Shown one piece after another: positions 36,050-45,993 of a stretch of DNA of 64,000 bases. The notes below the pieces were generated by a model, which made no database searches, had not been told where the DNA came from, and was given only the letters and a program-made list of their open reading frames with translations. The DNA comes from a virus (lineage: Duplodnaviria > Caudoviricetes): the IMG/VR virus record IMGVR_UViG_3300044641_005618; one strand, written 5' to 3'. The position numbers were made by a program, and so were the translations under genes. Numbering within the stretch: the stretch's first letter is position 1; each line of letters opens with the position of its first letter.

Positions 36050-36060
36050 GTTTTACCGCC

Positions 36061-37044
36061 CTAAAGTCTCGTTGGTGAATCTAAACCCACCTTAGCAAAC
36101 TGAATTAGGGTCTGATCAAAGTGGTCACTCCGAAGGTTAACTCCGGGTTCATTTAAGCATTCTACAAGGTTTTCATACCATGGGGCGTCTTTTTCTATAT
36201 TGTAGTCAAGGTTGGGTTCTGTCAAATCGAATAAGGATTTTGGGCTGCCTGGTGGCAAATTATCTCCCATGTCACCAAATTTAACTTTCCAGTCGGCAAG
36301 ATTTTTGGGGTGGTCTAAGTCGAAACCCATCCTCCATTTAGTATGCTCAATTACACCTGCATTATCTACAAGTCTTGCTTGAATTTTCTCTTTTGGGAAG
36401 GGGACACGAGTGTTTGCGAAATACACTCCAATGTCTTCATCTACAAGTTGAGACCAATCTCTGTCTAGGGTGGATAGCAAAATTTGCCGGTCTCTTACAA
36501 CAGACCCTGGTTCGCTATCTCGAGAAAGCCGATAAACGGCCCCGGCAATATCATCGGCCTCAAAACCTTCCTGAGAGAACACCGGATAGTACTTGTTGAC
36601 GTATTCCCACCCTATGTCAAAGATGCGCCAAAACGTATCTGTCTTGTCCCCCCGAGTACCTTTGTAATTAGTTGGAATTTCTGATATGTTTTTTCCTTTC
36701 TTCTCGGCATATTCTACCCAGGCGGTCTGAACTTCTGTGGACTCTATCATGACCCGGTCGCGCCAGTAGTTCCCTGTGTCTTTGAACCGACTATCCGCAA
36801 CCACGACTATACGGTAGGGGTGCCTCGGGAGCATATCTGGCCCCCGGTTAATTTTTAGGGCCCAACACCCTTTTATCAGTTTGTCCTCTACATCCTTATT
36901 TACAGACCCCTCGACTTTATCTTCGAACCACCGTTTCACGTCGTGTAAATAAACGTGGAAATCAACAACTACGAGTGGGGCGGGGTTACTATCGAGCTTA
37001 AAGTAGGACTCTAATTTTGGTCTTGGCGTTTCACTTTCACTCAT
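36061..37044 (-). CDS. 5'-3' exonuclease / T4 RNase H-like flap nuclease
   Basis: VVDF, GFEADDIA, STLDRDWSQL, GDMGDNLP; start revised to ATG 37044. Confidence 0.85.
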   Translation of the reverse strand: MSESETPRPKLESYFKLDSNPAPLVVVDFHVYLHDVKRWFEDKVEGSVNKDVEDKLIKGCWALKINRGPDMLPRHPYRIVVVADSRFKDTGNYWRDRVMIESTEVQTAWVEYAEKKGKNISEIPTNYKGTRGDKTDTFWRIFDIGWEYVNKYYPVFSQEGFEADDIAGAVYRLSRDSEPGSVVRDRQILLSTLDRDWSQLVDEDIGVYFANTRVPFPKEKIQARLVDNAGVIEHTKWRMGFDLDHPKNLADWKVKFGDMGDNLPPGSPKSLFDLTEPNLDYNIEKDAPWYENLVECLNEPGVNLRSDHFDQTLIQFAKVGLDSPTRL

Positions 37045-37093
37045 ATAATTCAGCGGTAGCACCCTTATTCTAGGTTCTACCGCTATTCGTAAA

Positions 37094-37327
37094 CTATATT
37101 GTTTTCGGCATAGGTAAGTCTATGTAGTATGCCGGAAGGCCAACTTCTTCCTCGGAAAATCGCGAGTCAGATAAACTGTGCCATTCACCTGATTTAAAGA
37201 GCCACACGTCACAATTTGACACTTGAAAGTCCCCACTCCTATCCGAGAATGCGACCCAGTATTCTTTGTCGACCGGGGGGGAATCCTCCGCAATCTTCCA
37301 GAATCCTTTTGCGATTTGATTATTCAT
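37094..37327 (-). CDS. small hypothetical protein
   Basis: W.KIAEDSPP...YWV pattern common in small phage proteins. Confidence 0.55.
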   Translation of the reverse strand: MNNQIAKGFWKIAEDSPPVDKEYWVAFSDRSGDFQVSNCDVWLFKSGEWHSLSDSRFSEEEVGLPAYYIDLPMPKTI

Positions 37328-38127
37328 GTTAGGGGTAATTGTGCTCTTAAGATCTCAACTTCGGCCTTTAGTTTCAAAATCTCACGATCCTTCACGTCTT
37401 CAGCGTATAAGGGCTTTTGTGTCTTCTCATCGAACAGAGAGCGATAGATGGTCGGAAACTGTGTTGAGAAGATTGTTCGAACTGCCCGTGCTAGCTCAAC
37501 GTGCTCCCACTGTGCCACACCTTCATCGTCTCTCACTCCGATGTAGTGAATGAAGGAGCGGACGCTTCCCTTCAGGTACATGCGAGTGTAAACCCCTTCT
37601 GGTAACACAAATCGGGCCATCTCTTTTGCGATGCCCTTGTCCAGAAGGTTTGTGTAGGACTGGAGCGCTGCTTTATACGCAAACTCAAACTCAGCCAACA
37701 TAAAGTCTGTGAGGCTGGGGTCCTCGGCTACAAAACTGTTTTGCCGGTTCTTGGTGTCTTGCAACCGCGCCTGTTCAGGCATGTAGAAGAGATCCTTGAA
37801 TGTTGGTAAGTCCTCCGTATGCTTGCGCATCATTTCTTGGTTCTCATACCGCCCCGAAAACTGCTGAAATTTGAACGAACTATGCCTAAGAACCTGAACA
37901 GAAATTGCAAGCGGTGTTACAACTTCCACGGTGAGGTCGGCCTGGTCAAACACGCTCCAGTGGCCCTCTTTCGCACAGTACTTGAGCAGATGCTCAATTT
38001 TAGGGTTGCTCTGGTCTTTGCTCGTTACGCGTGCGATGTATGCTATCAGCTCCTCCCCTTGGGGGGTGGTGCTTACAAGGCGAGATTTGCTGGAGCCTTC
38101 GATGAACCACGGATTGTTATTCTCCAT
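37324..38127 (-). CDS. thyX: flavin-dependent thymidylate synthase
   Basis: QVLRHSSFKFQQFSGRY, AKEMARFVLP, SVRSFIHY..R....AQWEH. Confidence 0.95.
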   Translation of the reverse strand: MENNNPWFIEGSSKSRLVSTTPQGEELIAYIARVTSKDQSNPKIEHLLKYCAKEGHWSVFDQADLTVEVVTPLAISVQVLRHSSFKFQQFSGRYENQEMMRKHTEDLPTFKDLFYMPEQARLQDTKNRQNSFVAEDPSLTDFMLAEFEFAYKAALQSYTNLLDKGIAKEMARFVLPEGVYTRMYLKGSVRSFIHYIGVRDDEGVAQWEHVELARAVRTIFSTQFPTIYRSLFDEKTQKPLYAEDVKDREILKLKAEVEILRAQLPLT

Positions 38128-38128
38128 G

Positions 38129-38509
38129 TCAAGAAGCTCCCTGTGAGGTTAGACGGGCTTCGAGTCTATCAGCAATCCCCGCGACAATCTCAGCCATAGT
38201 GGCTACGGCAGTGGAGTCATTGATCTTAATAGCCGGATCTTGAACACTGAAAAAAGGGTGTTCCACGGGCTCATTCCCCCTTTGTGACTCTTCACCCGAG
38301 GACAATGCAAGAAACTCGTCGTAGTCTAACGGGTAGCCTATTGCTCTCAAGAACCGCTCAAAATTCTCAATCATTTCGCTAAGGTCCGCCTCAGACGAAA
38401 ACTGTATAGATACTCGTGGGTCGGATGGATCTTCGGCGTCAATGAAAGCTGGGAACCCCTCGGTGGAAGGCTCGTAGAGAAAGGTAATTGTACCAAACAT
38501 TGTATTCAA
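38129..38509 (-). CDS. hypothetical protein
   Basis: 126-aa ORF in the operon. Confidence 0.6.
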   Translation of the reverse strand: MNTMFGTITFLYEPSTEGFPAFIDAEDPSDPRVSIQFSSEADLSEMIENFERFLRAIGYPLDYDEFLALSSGEESQRGNEPVEHPFFSVQDPAIKINDSTAVATMAEIVAGIADRLEARLTSQGAS

Positions 38510-39126
38510 AAGTCGAGAGAAATTTCGTCAGAGCTTAATGCGGCAAGGTCTAAACCTTTCGCCATGAGATCCATAATACGAACGGTAGATATGCAATCTG
38601 CAAGGGCGTCGTGTGCGGGCAACCCGGACAAGTTTGGAAGTTTCTGCCAGCGCACACCGCCCTTGCTTTCGTTCCACTCACCCCTCCACTCTGAGTACCT
38701 GTCCATGCAACAACTCGCCCCCGAAAATTTGGGAACCGCCATGTTATACTTCTTATACAAGTGTACTAAAAGGGCAATGTCAAAGTCTGCGTTATACGCT
38801 ACAACGTGCTTGTTTTCGAGTACAAAGGATATTAGCTTTGCAACTTGAGGGAAGACAGGGCTCTCACTAACCATGTCGTTGGATATACCGTGTATCCCAA
38901 CTAGCTGGTCACTCATTGGCTGAGCGGGTTTTATCAGCATGGAAAACAACGGTCGCATAGCGGTGTTTGTTACAGTGAGTTGAACAATTTCCGTTGTGGG
39001 GTCGTTTCTCAGAATTCCCGTGGTTTCGCAGTCAATGACTACGGTTTTTGTATCAGCAAGGCGCTCTTTCGCCCATTCTGACGATTTTCGCTTGAGCTCT
39101 TTAAACTCTAACTCTGTTGGTTTCAC
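38506..39126 (-). CDS. DEDDh 3'-5' exonuclease (DnaQ-like), C-terminus SLDF
   Basis: VIDCETTG, AYNADFD, AHDALADC. Confidence 0.9.
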   Translation of the reverse strand: MKPTELEFKELKRKSSEWAKERLADTKTVVIDCETTGILRNDPTTEIVQLTVTNTAMRPLFSMLIKPAQPMSDQLVGIHGISNDMVSESPVFPQVAKLISFVLENKHVVAYNADFDIALLVHLYKKYNMAVPKFSGASCCMDRYSEWRGEWNESKGGVRWQKLPNLSGLPAHDALADCISTVRIMDLMAKGLDLAALSSDEISLDF

Positions 39127-39376
39127 TGTTTAGGTAAGTTTCTAAGGCGGGGTCGTCCGCTTCAGCTTCATTGTAGGTTGCCTCTAAGGGAGGTAAACTC
39201 TGGGCGTCACGGTACTCCCTCTCGATCCTTTCGTGCCATTCTATCACCTTCGTGAAAGCAACGATTAGGTCTGTTGCGTAGCCTCGGACTCTCTCACGGT
39301 TTCCCGGCCCGTCTTGCAAAACGAACTCAAAGTAAGTTCGTCCGTTATGGTCGTGGCTTTCGATTTCAATCTTCAT
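39101..39376 (-). CDS. hypothetical protein
   Basis: 91-aa ORF in the operon. Confidence 0.55.
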   Translation of the reverse strand: MKIEIESHDHNGRTYFEFVLQDGPGNRERVRGYATDLIVAFTKVIEWHERIEREYRDAQSLPPLEATYNEAEADDPALETYLNSETNRVRV

Positions 39377-39740
39377 AGTTCTTAGTTAGAGACACAGGGA
39401 GAATCCCATAATCTTCGAGTCCAAACAGGCCCCTGTCAATTGACTTCCCCCCCATCCGAGTGTAGGAGTAAACCTTACCGGTGAAGCGCACACGCTCGTT
39501 CTTTCCGGGTACGCCCCCGGCCATCTTAAACTGCCTCTTCAACACCCACAAATGGTCAAGGTAAATTGACTCTCCCAGTGGCAAAGGGGTTACAAAAACG
39601 TTCACAAGGCATAACGAATCAAGATCTTTTCTCTTACCGTGGGGGCGAAACTCTTTCACTCTGCCTGAGCAATCCACCTCAGTTCCCAGTAGGTACTTCA
39701 GATCATCTCGCTGTCGTATTACTGAGGATGTTTCTGTCAC
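39366..39740 (-). CDS. hypothetical protein
   Basis: 124-aa ORF in the operon. Confidence 0.6.
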   Translation of the reverse strand: MTETSSVIRQRDDLKYLLGTEVDCSGRVKEFRPHGKRKDLDSLCLVNVFVTPLPLGESIYLDHLWVLKRQFKMAGGVPGKNERVRFTGKVYSYTRMGGKSIDRGLFGLEDYGILPVSLTKNYED

Positions 39741-39785
39741 ATTTAGTGAGTTGTTTCTACTTGGAGTTTAGCGCTGTTAAGCCAA

Positions 39786-39793
39786 GGGTAAAG
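39786..39793 (+). promoter_or_regulatory. GGGTAAA late-type promoter motif on the plus strand
   Basis: GGGTAAAG, 21 nt before ATG 39815; orientation follows the only plus-strand gene. Confidence 0.72.
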
Positions 39794-39814
39794 CTTCTTA
39801 CACGAACCTACTCG

Positions 39815-40573
39815 ATGAGCGACACACTCGGCAAACAAACATTCGGACTAACCAAAAAAGACTACACCGACAAACTAAGTAGAATTATAGAGAACCACCG
39901 AGTAAATTCCCAGCTTATCGGTGAACCAAAGGATTTCGTCTTAAGGTCGTGCCGAGTCACACCTACATGGGAAAAGTTGTCAACAGACCCCGAAGTTAAG
40001 CTCTATCTTAGGAATGTCGATATCGCCGGTGGGATGAGAGTGAAAATGCTAAGCCTCGAAAGAGGTGGCTCCAAGCAACCTGTACCCAAGAAGAAACTTA
40101 TCGACTTTTTGTACCCTCCCAAGAAAATCTCAACCAGTGCAAGCTCAGAGGAGAAGCATTTTAATGCGGTAAAAGCAGCCATGAGGAGCGGTGTGTCTCA
40201 ACAGCTGAAGGATTTTCGAGACTCTGTGAGTCTTCCGGCAACTTGCTACCTAACGGGAAAGAATCTAAGGAGGGGCATGAAGACAGACGTAGACCACGTG
40301 GGTTTGTCTTTTGCTGAAATTGCCGATTCGTTTGTTAGACTAAACTCGTTGACCTATGTGGATATTTTCTTAGTGGGACCACCCACGGCGAAGGAGTTTA
40401 AGGACAAAACCCTGTGGAAAGAATGGAAAAGCTATCACCTTGCAAAGGCTAATTTTTCTCTGGTGTGCTCCTCGGCTAATCGGTCAAAGGGGTGCGAGGG
40501 TTACAAAACTTCTGAGGAAGTTCTGGGGTCTTTCTCCAAATGTGATACGGAGGATCTTTCCCTGGATTTTTGA
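39815..40573 (+). CDS. DCL/DUF3223-like, HNH-related putative nuclease, C-terminus SLDF
   Basis: C.LTG....DVDH....F...AD.F...W...W..YH...A...V...AN.SKG; start revised to ATG 39815. Confidence 0.65.
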   Translation: MSDTLGKQTFGLTKKDYTDKLSRIIENHRVNSQLIGEPKDFVLRSCRVTPTWEKLSTDPEVKLYLRNVDIAGGMRVKMLSLERGGSKQPVPKKKLIDFLYPPKKISTSASSEEKHFNAVKAAMRSGVSQQLKDFRDSVSLPATCYLTGKNLRRGMKTDVDHVGLSFAEIADSFVRLNSLTYVDIFLVGPPTAKEFKDKTLWKEWKSYHLAKANFSLVCSSANRSKGCEGYKTSEEVLGSFSKCDTEDLSLDF

Positions 40574-40590
40574 AATAGTACAAATCCAGG
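40561..40590. terminator. probable bidirectional terminator between convergent genes
   Basis: CCTGGATTT...AAATCCAGG inverted repeat. Confidence 0.5.
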
Positions 40591-40605
40591 TGTTCGTTGA
40601 CTTTT

Positions 40606-41317
40606 TTAGTTAAAGCAGCCTAAGTGGGTGTTCGGCCCTACTGATTGATGGTAACCGTAATCGTTCCACCACTTATTTGAGCCCCCTGAACTCTGCACAT
40701 CGGTGGACGCAGTGTATTGAAGCGTGCCTGTTTTACCCGATGCACCAAAGGTCACGCTGTAAACGCCACTAGTTAACGAGTTTCTGTTTAACCAGACGCC
40801 TTCACTGCCGGTGAACGTTGCGACACCCGTTGACGTAGCGCTGACCAGCTGACGACATTTGCTGCCCCGCAGAAGCTGTAATTACCGAAAAGATAAAACG
40901 CACCGAAAAACAAGTCAAATCTATTTGTCCATGTGTGGGCAACCGGGGGACCGCTTGCTGATGATGTCGCCGTATTAAAAAAGTAGTCAAAACGTTGTGC
41001 CTTTTGGCTAGTGTCAGAAAGCCCTGAGTTATTATTTAGATAGTCTACAGCTGCAGATAGTGACTGCCCCGAAGGGGCCCATATCACGGAATCATCGTTA
41101 CAGGTTAAGTCCTTGTATATGAAATTTCTTTGGTTTGGCGTTGCTCCTGTATCCATGGCGCCACCAGACGGGTTGAGTTGCAACGGCCTTGTATTGCCAC
41201 TTCTGCTTGGTACAGGTACGTAAACGATTGTTGATGTTGTAAACGTCAGCACGGATGGCTCAGGCCCCACGCCAACGCTGCCCAGAAACGCTGGATCTCG
41301 AAAGCCAAATCCCTCAT
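40606..41317 (-). CDS. tail-fibre-associated protein, apparently frameshifted
   Basis: ORF 40788..41270 plus an open -1 frame from about 40840 to TAA 40606 (TSTGVATFTGSEGVWLNRNS...); start ambiguous. Confidence 0.4.
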
Positions 41318-41321
41318 CCTC

Positions 41322-42611
41322 TTACCCCTGCACCGTGTAAACTGCCGTAGCGTCATCATTAGACGTCCCCCAGAAGCGCACGCTGAGAATCGCTGTTTTA
41401 CCTGCCGCAATAGTTGAGGGCACCGTAGCCGGTGACTGAGTGAATATCCAGCTCGGGAAGGTGAACGCACGGGATGTGCTGTCACAAATGATCCGAATTG
41501 ATACTTCTCGTCCGGCTTCGAGATTGCTTGTCGTAAACGTAACTGGGCCAGCAAGGACAAGGGTGGCCATTTTACCGGCTAAGACACCCATGTCCAGGTT
41601 CACCGTGGCCGCGTAAGTTAGGGTAGTTGGAGAGTCTTCGGTTGCCTGTGGCCCAGTGGGACCCACGGGTCCAACTAAAGAAACGAAAGTACCCCAAGTA
41701 CTTTCAGTCTTTGGCCCATAGAAAGTTGAATTGGTTGTATCAATATAGAAGTCCCCCACGAATCCAAGAGCTAAGCCTGGCGACCCTGGCCCAGAGAGTA
41801 TAGTTTTTCCACTCACTCCCGAGGCACCAGTCGCACCCGCCGCCCCCACTCCCGTCGCTCCCGTGGCCCCCGTGGCCCCCGCCCCGGTTGCGCCTACCGC
41901 CCCCGTGGCCCCAGTTGTTCCAACCCCCGTCGCCCCGGACGCACCAATTAGACCGGTTTCACCGACTGGGCCAGTTGGCCCTGTAACCCCAATCGGACCG
42001 GTTGCTCCAGTAGCCCCAGCTACTCCAACGCCTGTCGCCCCCGTCGCCCCGGTTGCACCAACGGCTCCCGTCGCCCCGGACGCACCAATTAGACCGGTTT
42101 CACCGACTGGGCCAGTTGGCCCTGTAACCCCAATCGGACCGGTTGCTCCAGTAGCCCCAGCTACTCCAACGCCTGTCGCCCCGGTTATTCCAACGCCCGT
42201 AGCACCAACGGCTCCTGTCGCCCCTACAACTCCAACACCCGACGCACCCGTTGCCCCGACTGCACCCGTTGCCCCGACTGCCCCCGAAACTCCTGTGGCA
42301 CCTTGGGGAGGGTCCCGTTGAATAGAGTTCCATGAGAAGCCATTCCAAACATTGAGAGACCCTTCAGTTGTGTCGTACCATAGCTCCCCTAGGCACAGAC
42401 CCAAGAAGTATGGGGCTGAAACCCCAGAGTTTGGGGGTTCTGGGCCAACATGGCACGGACCGACCTTTCTGAGATTACCCTCAGTGTCTGCGAAGTATAA
42501 ACCAGGTTCTTCAGTACCTATGTTTGCAGCTAACTGCCCGTCCTGTAAAGTAAGGGGGTTCGGTCTTTTTTTCTCGTCTGTACTTCGTAGAACCAAGGTG
42601 GTTTGAGACAT
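41322..42611 (-). CDS. collagen-like (GATG repeat) tail fibre protein
   Basis: N-terminal LRS..KKRP.P..L.DGQLA.N...EPGLYF domain; long G-x-T repeat region. Confidence 0.85.
   Translation of the reverse strand: MSQTTLVLRSTDEKKRPNPLTLQDGQLAANIGTEEPGLYFADTEGNLRKVGPCHVGPEPPNSGVSAPYFLGLCLGELWYDTTEGSLNVWNGFSWNSIQRDPPQGATGVSGAVGATGAVGATGASGVGVVGATGAVGATGVGITGATGVGVAGATGATGPIGVTGPTGPVGETGLIGASGATGAVGATGATGATGVGVAGATGATGPIGVTGPTGPVGETGLIGASGATGVGTTGATGAVGATGAGATGATGATGVGAAGATGASGVSGKTILSGPGSPGLALGFVGDFYIDTTNSTFYGPKTESTWGTFVSLVGPVGPTGPQATEDSPTTLTYAATVNLDMGVLAGKMATLVLAGPVTFTTSNLEAGREVSIRIICDSTSRAFTFPSWIFTQSPATVPSTIAAGKTAILSVRFWGTSNDDATAVYTVQG
41926..42181. repeat. direct repeat with 141-nt period (about 115 nt identical) in the collagen-like gene
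   Basis: ccgtcgccccggacgcaccaattagaccgg... occurs at about 41927 and 42068. Confidence 0.85.
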
Positions 42612-42673
42612 ACTCTCCTTAGGGTTTTTCGACTCTTATTGAAAGTTATACCCTTTGGGACAACGGGGCAGTG

Positions 42674-42949
42674 TTAACTAAAGCCTACTGGCCATATTTG
42701 GCCGGTGGATCTTAGTACAACTTGAAGGGTGGCAACAACAACTGGATCAAATCCGGCTGTTACAAAGTTGATGCCCCCGGCATTTCCGATACTAGGTGTC
42801 ACAGGGTTAACGCCGGTAATTTGTGTGGTAAATCCCGCTGGAGCTACTCTCGATTGTGGGCCAAGATCTCTCAGAGCAATAATTGACCCCGCAAAAGATC
42901 CACTATCCCAAAGTGCTCCCGATATGCTCTGCGCTGTGGTTATTGACAT
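42674..42949 (-). CDS. small tail-associated protein
   Basis: 91-aa ORF coupled to the upstream gene. Confidence 0.55.
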   Translation of the reverse strand: MSITTAQSISGALWDSGSFAGSIIALRDLGPQSRVAPAGFTTQITGVNPVTPSIGNAGGINFVTAGFDPVVVATLQVVLRSTGQIWPVGFS

Positions 42950-43923
42950 CAGACTGTTCGTGCGAGGAATACGGGGTTGCTAGTTATACCATTCTGGGAC
43001 CCGCTGTTTGCAAACGTTAATATCTCGTATTCTTCTACCCCGGCAGTTACCGTGGCATTGTCTTGTATCGCTAAGATGTTACTATTTTTAATGGAAGAAA
43101 TGCCGAAGTCTGTCGGTAAATCCGTTGAATGTACGCTAGTGAGCCGAATACCATTGAATACCGGGTTAAAGTTTGTGCCCGCACTCGGATTTGCATCTGT
43201 TGTCCAACCGGGCAAGACAAAACCTTCTTGAGGAAACTCTGCAATGCCAGTTGAACCAAAATTAACTGGAATGCTATACACCGTGCAGTTTACATCAAAA
43301 GAATGCCCCTGAGAAGACGTGCCTATACTTGAACCAAGAAGAAGCTCCCGCCTATTACGGTGAATGGAGTTTATCCTAACTCGCCTATCAGGTGCAATGA
43401 CCCGATAGATGCCACTATGGTATCCAAGATTTAAGTTGTAAAACGCCCTAAAAGTTGCACCGGGAGGGTCAATCGTAATCGTCTGATATGTTGTACCAGT
43501 TCTAAGTACAAAAAAGCTTCGCCCACTTGATGTGTAACGGGTAATTGAGAAGCTAATTGATGTGGAAATCGCCAGAAGTGCAAACGCTGAGTCAAGATTA
43601 GCAGTATTAGTGCTAAACCAATCTACATATTGCGTACCAGCACCACCAACACCTGCTGGAATCTTGGATGTAACATTCCACCCTGTACTGGTTCTAACCC
43701 AGACTCCAGTTCCATCGAACGAGAACCAGTAGTATGTTTTACCGTAAGTTTTGGCGGCATCATAAGTAATCTCTAAAACCCGGTGTTCTCTGCCACCAGA
43801 AGAAAAAGAGTCGTGCCAGGCTGTCATTAACCCGGCGCCAATAAAGGCATCTCGTACTGCATCTGTGACTTGAATGATTGTCCAAGGCGCAACGGCGGCA
43901 TATGATTGTTTGGTGACGGCCAT
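42949..43923 (-). CDS. tail-fibre-associated structural protein
   Basis: 324 aa, S/T/G/N-rich, between fibre genes. Confidence 0.6.
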   Translation of the reverse strand: MAVTKQSYAAVAPWTIIQVTDAVRDAFIGAGLMTAWHDSFSSGGREHRVLEITYDAAKTYGKTYYWFSFDGTGVWVRTSTGWNVTSKIPAGVGGAGTQYVDWFSTNTANLDSAFALLAISTSISFSITRYTSSGRSFFVLRTGTTYQTITIDPPGATFRAFYNLNLGYHSGIYRVIAPDRRVRINSIHRNRRELLLGSSIGTSSQGHSFDVNCTVYSIPVNFGSTGIAEFPQEGFVLPGWTTDANPSAGTNFNPVFNGIRLTSVHSTDLPTDFGISSIKNSNILAIQDNATVTAGVEEYEILTFANSGSQNGITSNPVFLARTV

Positions 43924-43928
43924 AATTG

Positions 43929-44861
43929 TTAGTTCTCCTGAGGATGAGTTGTTGTGGTTAAGGTTATTGCGCTGGACCCCTCGCTACGTTTGACTAATCT
44001 AACGTAAACAAGGCCGTTTGAGTCTCCCTGAAGAAGTGGGACAGGGTTTTGAATAATTGTTTCGGGTGTCAGGGTTGTTACATTTTCCGAGTATGGCTTA
44101 TTGTCCCCGAGGTTTATAATAGACTGCAAAGGACCGCCGGGCGTTGATCGGGGGTCTGCCGATCTTTGTGCACTTGACCTGTACATTCTGACCCATGCTG
44201 GGTCGGAAACTTGAATGGCGACTAGTTCTGAAAGTTTTCCTAAGTTCATTGTAAAGTTTTCCTCGTCCCCTTGGGACAGCAAACTGGTGGTGTGGGTGGT
44301 GTTTACTCTCATGGCCCCCACAGGACCTGTAGCTCCTATGTCGCCCGCAGGACCCGTAGCCCCGATGACACCTACACCCGTAGCCCCAGCAGGGCCCGTA
44401 GCCCCAGTAGCTCCAATCGCACCAGAAGTTCCTACACCTGTAGCCCCAGCAGGGCCCGTAGCCCCAGTAGCTCCAATCGCACCAGAAGTTCCTACACCTG
44501 TAGCCCCAGCAGGGCCCGTAGCCCCCGTGACACCGGTTGCACCGGGTGACGGACCGCCATCCCCAAGAATTGCAAACCACGAGAAGCCATCCCAGATATT
44601 GAGTGCCCCTTCAGTTGTGTCATACCACATTTCGCCGACACAGTTTCCACCGTGGTAAGACTGGGGGACACCGGAGTTTGGTGGCTCTGGACCAACGTGA
44701 CACGGCCCAACTTTTCGAAGACTCCCATCAGTGTCGGCAAAGTACAAACCTGGCTCTGCAGGGTCTATGTTTACTGCTAACTGCCCTGGAAAAAGAGTTT
44801 CAGGGTTCGGACGCTTCTTTTCTACCCCGCTTCTAAGAATCTGAATTGTTCGAGTCGTCAT
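43929..44861 (-). CDS. second collagen-like tail fibre protein (paralogue of 41322..42611)
   Basis: Same N-terminal KKRP...GQLA.N...EPGLYFADT domain; GATG repeats; SD-like GAGGGAG before ATG 44861. Confidence 0.85.
   Translation of the reverse strand: MTTRTIQILRSGVEKKRPNPETLFPGQLAVNIDPAEPGLYFADTDGSLRKVGPCHVGPEPPNSGVPQSYHGGNCVGEMWYDTTEGALNIWDGFSWFAILGDGGPSPGATGVTGATGPAGATGVGTSGAIGATGATGPAGATGVGTSGAIGATGATGPAGATGVGVIGATGPAGDIGATGPVGAMRVNTTHTTSLLSQGDEENFTMNLGKLSELVAIQVSDPAWVRMYRSSAQRSADPRSTPGGPLQSIINLGDNKPYSENVTTLTPETIIQNPVPLLQGDSNGLVYVRLVKRSEGSSAITLTTTTHPQEN
44380..44520. repeat. 60-nt tandem repeat (2 full copies plus a partial copy)
   Basis: gtagccccagcagggcccgtagccccagtagctccaatcgcaccagaagttcctacacct x2. 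Confidence 0.85.
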
Positions 44862-44885
44862 GGGTACTCCCTCGTTCAAGGGAAA

Positions 44886-45368
44886 TTAAAGGTGAACTTC
44901 GACCGTGAAGCTTTGGGAGGTAGAGCTGACTTGCCCAACTGAGTTAAAAGCATTGACTCTGCAAGTGTAAGTGCCCGTGGAGTCTTGCGTAGTATCTTCA
45001 AGAGTCAAAGAACTAGATGTAGCGTCGGGGACTACCAGCCCACTTAAGCCCACCCATTGGTACGTAACCTCACACTCCTTTGACGAGTACTCGCAATTCA
45101 GAACTATGTTGCTACCAACATGGGCTCGTTGGAATGAGTTGCTAATGTTGAGGGGAGTGAGACTAGGGGAGCCGAGAATGGCGTTGGTGGTGAAAGATGG
45201 GTCAATTTCACGAGCACGGTTGACGGCGTCTTCCAAGGTTAAAAACTCCTCGAACGTGGATTCGTCCGGGGCTCCGGTGTTGGCACCAGCAATGTGGATG
45301 AGTGAGACTCCAGTGGGCAAAATAGCTAACCCGCAAGTGTTGGGGGTTTGCACGGTGTAATTTTTCAT
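44886..45368 (-). CDS. Ig-like domain virion protein
   Basis: VLNC...VTYQW....ATSSSLTL...DSTGTYTCRV. Confidence 0.75.
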   Translation of the reverse strand: MKNYTVQTPNTCGLAILPTGVSLIHIAGANTGAPDESTFEEFLTLEDAVNRAREIDPSFTTNAILGSPSLTPLNISNSFQRAHVGSNIVLNCEYSSKECEVTYQWVGLSGLVVPDATSSSLTLEDTTQDSTGTYTCRVNAFNSVGQVSSTSQSFTVEVHL

Positions 45369-45372
45369 AATT

Positions 45373-45993
45373 TTAGTTGTTAGTTACAATCCAACCGGAG
45401 GAAACGAGAGTAGCTTTTGCCGCTAAACCAGCTGGTCCCGGTGGGGAATTTGTCCCACCGGAAATGTTTATTGAACGATTTCCGGTTGATGAGCCCCGTC
45501 CAGCCGCAATAGCAACAAGAATAGCATCAACTGAGGATTGATTTAAGGCATTATTGTTAAAGTAGTATTGAATGGGGAAGCCAACGGTACTCGTTTTAAT
45601 AATTCCTATTCTCGTGATGGCCGTTAGAAGGGGGCAGTTGGCAATACTTACAACTCCCCCATTAGTTTCAATGTTAAGCCCGTCTATGTTTTCCAATCTT
45701 TCTGCATTAATTATAAATGTAGACTCCGGCGCCGTATAATATGGAGAGTACCAAACATCCACCATTTTAGTCACAAATGACCCGCTTACCGCACCGCCGC
45801 CGCCCAGGGTGAGAATTCTAAATGAGTTAAAAGTTACAGTTCGATAGGGGTCTGGACAAGACACGTTCGGGGTAATATCCGACCCCAGGAAAAGGATGGG
45901 AGGATAAACAGCTGACACCGGGTCGGATGCGTAAATACCGGGATAAGACCCAATATTGCTATCATTACCATAAAATTGTGAAAGTGAAGACAT
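45373..45993 (-). CDS. tail-associated structural protein
   Basis: C-terminal NNALNQSSVDAILVAI...INISGGTN.PP...AAKATLV..GW.V cap. Confidence 0.6.
   Translation of the reverse strand: MSSLSQFYGNDSNIGSYPGIYASDPVSAVYPPILFLGSDITPNVSCPDPYRTVTFNSFRILTLGGGGAVSGSFVTKMVDVWYSPYYTAPESTFIINAERLENIDGLNIETNGGVVSIANCPLLTAITRIGIIKTSTVGFPIQYYFNNNALNQSSVDAILVAIAAGRGSSTGNRSINISGGTNSPPGPAGLAAKATLVSSGWIVTNN

Noticed and set aside
41863-44658. Pro/Val/Ala-rich plus-strand ORFs, and the repeats as a CRISPR array
   Set aside because: They are the reverse complement of G-x-T collagen codons; the repeats are in-frame coding duplications without unique spacers.
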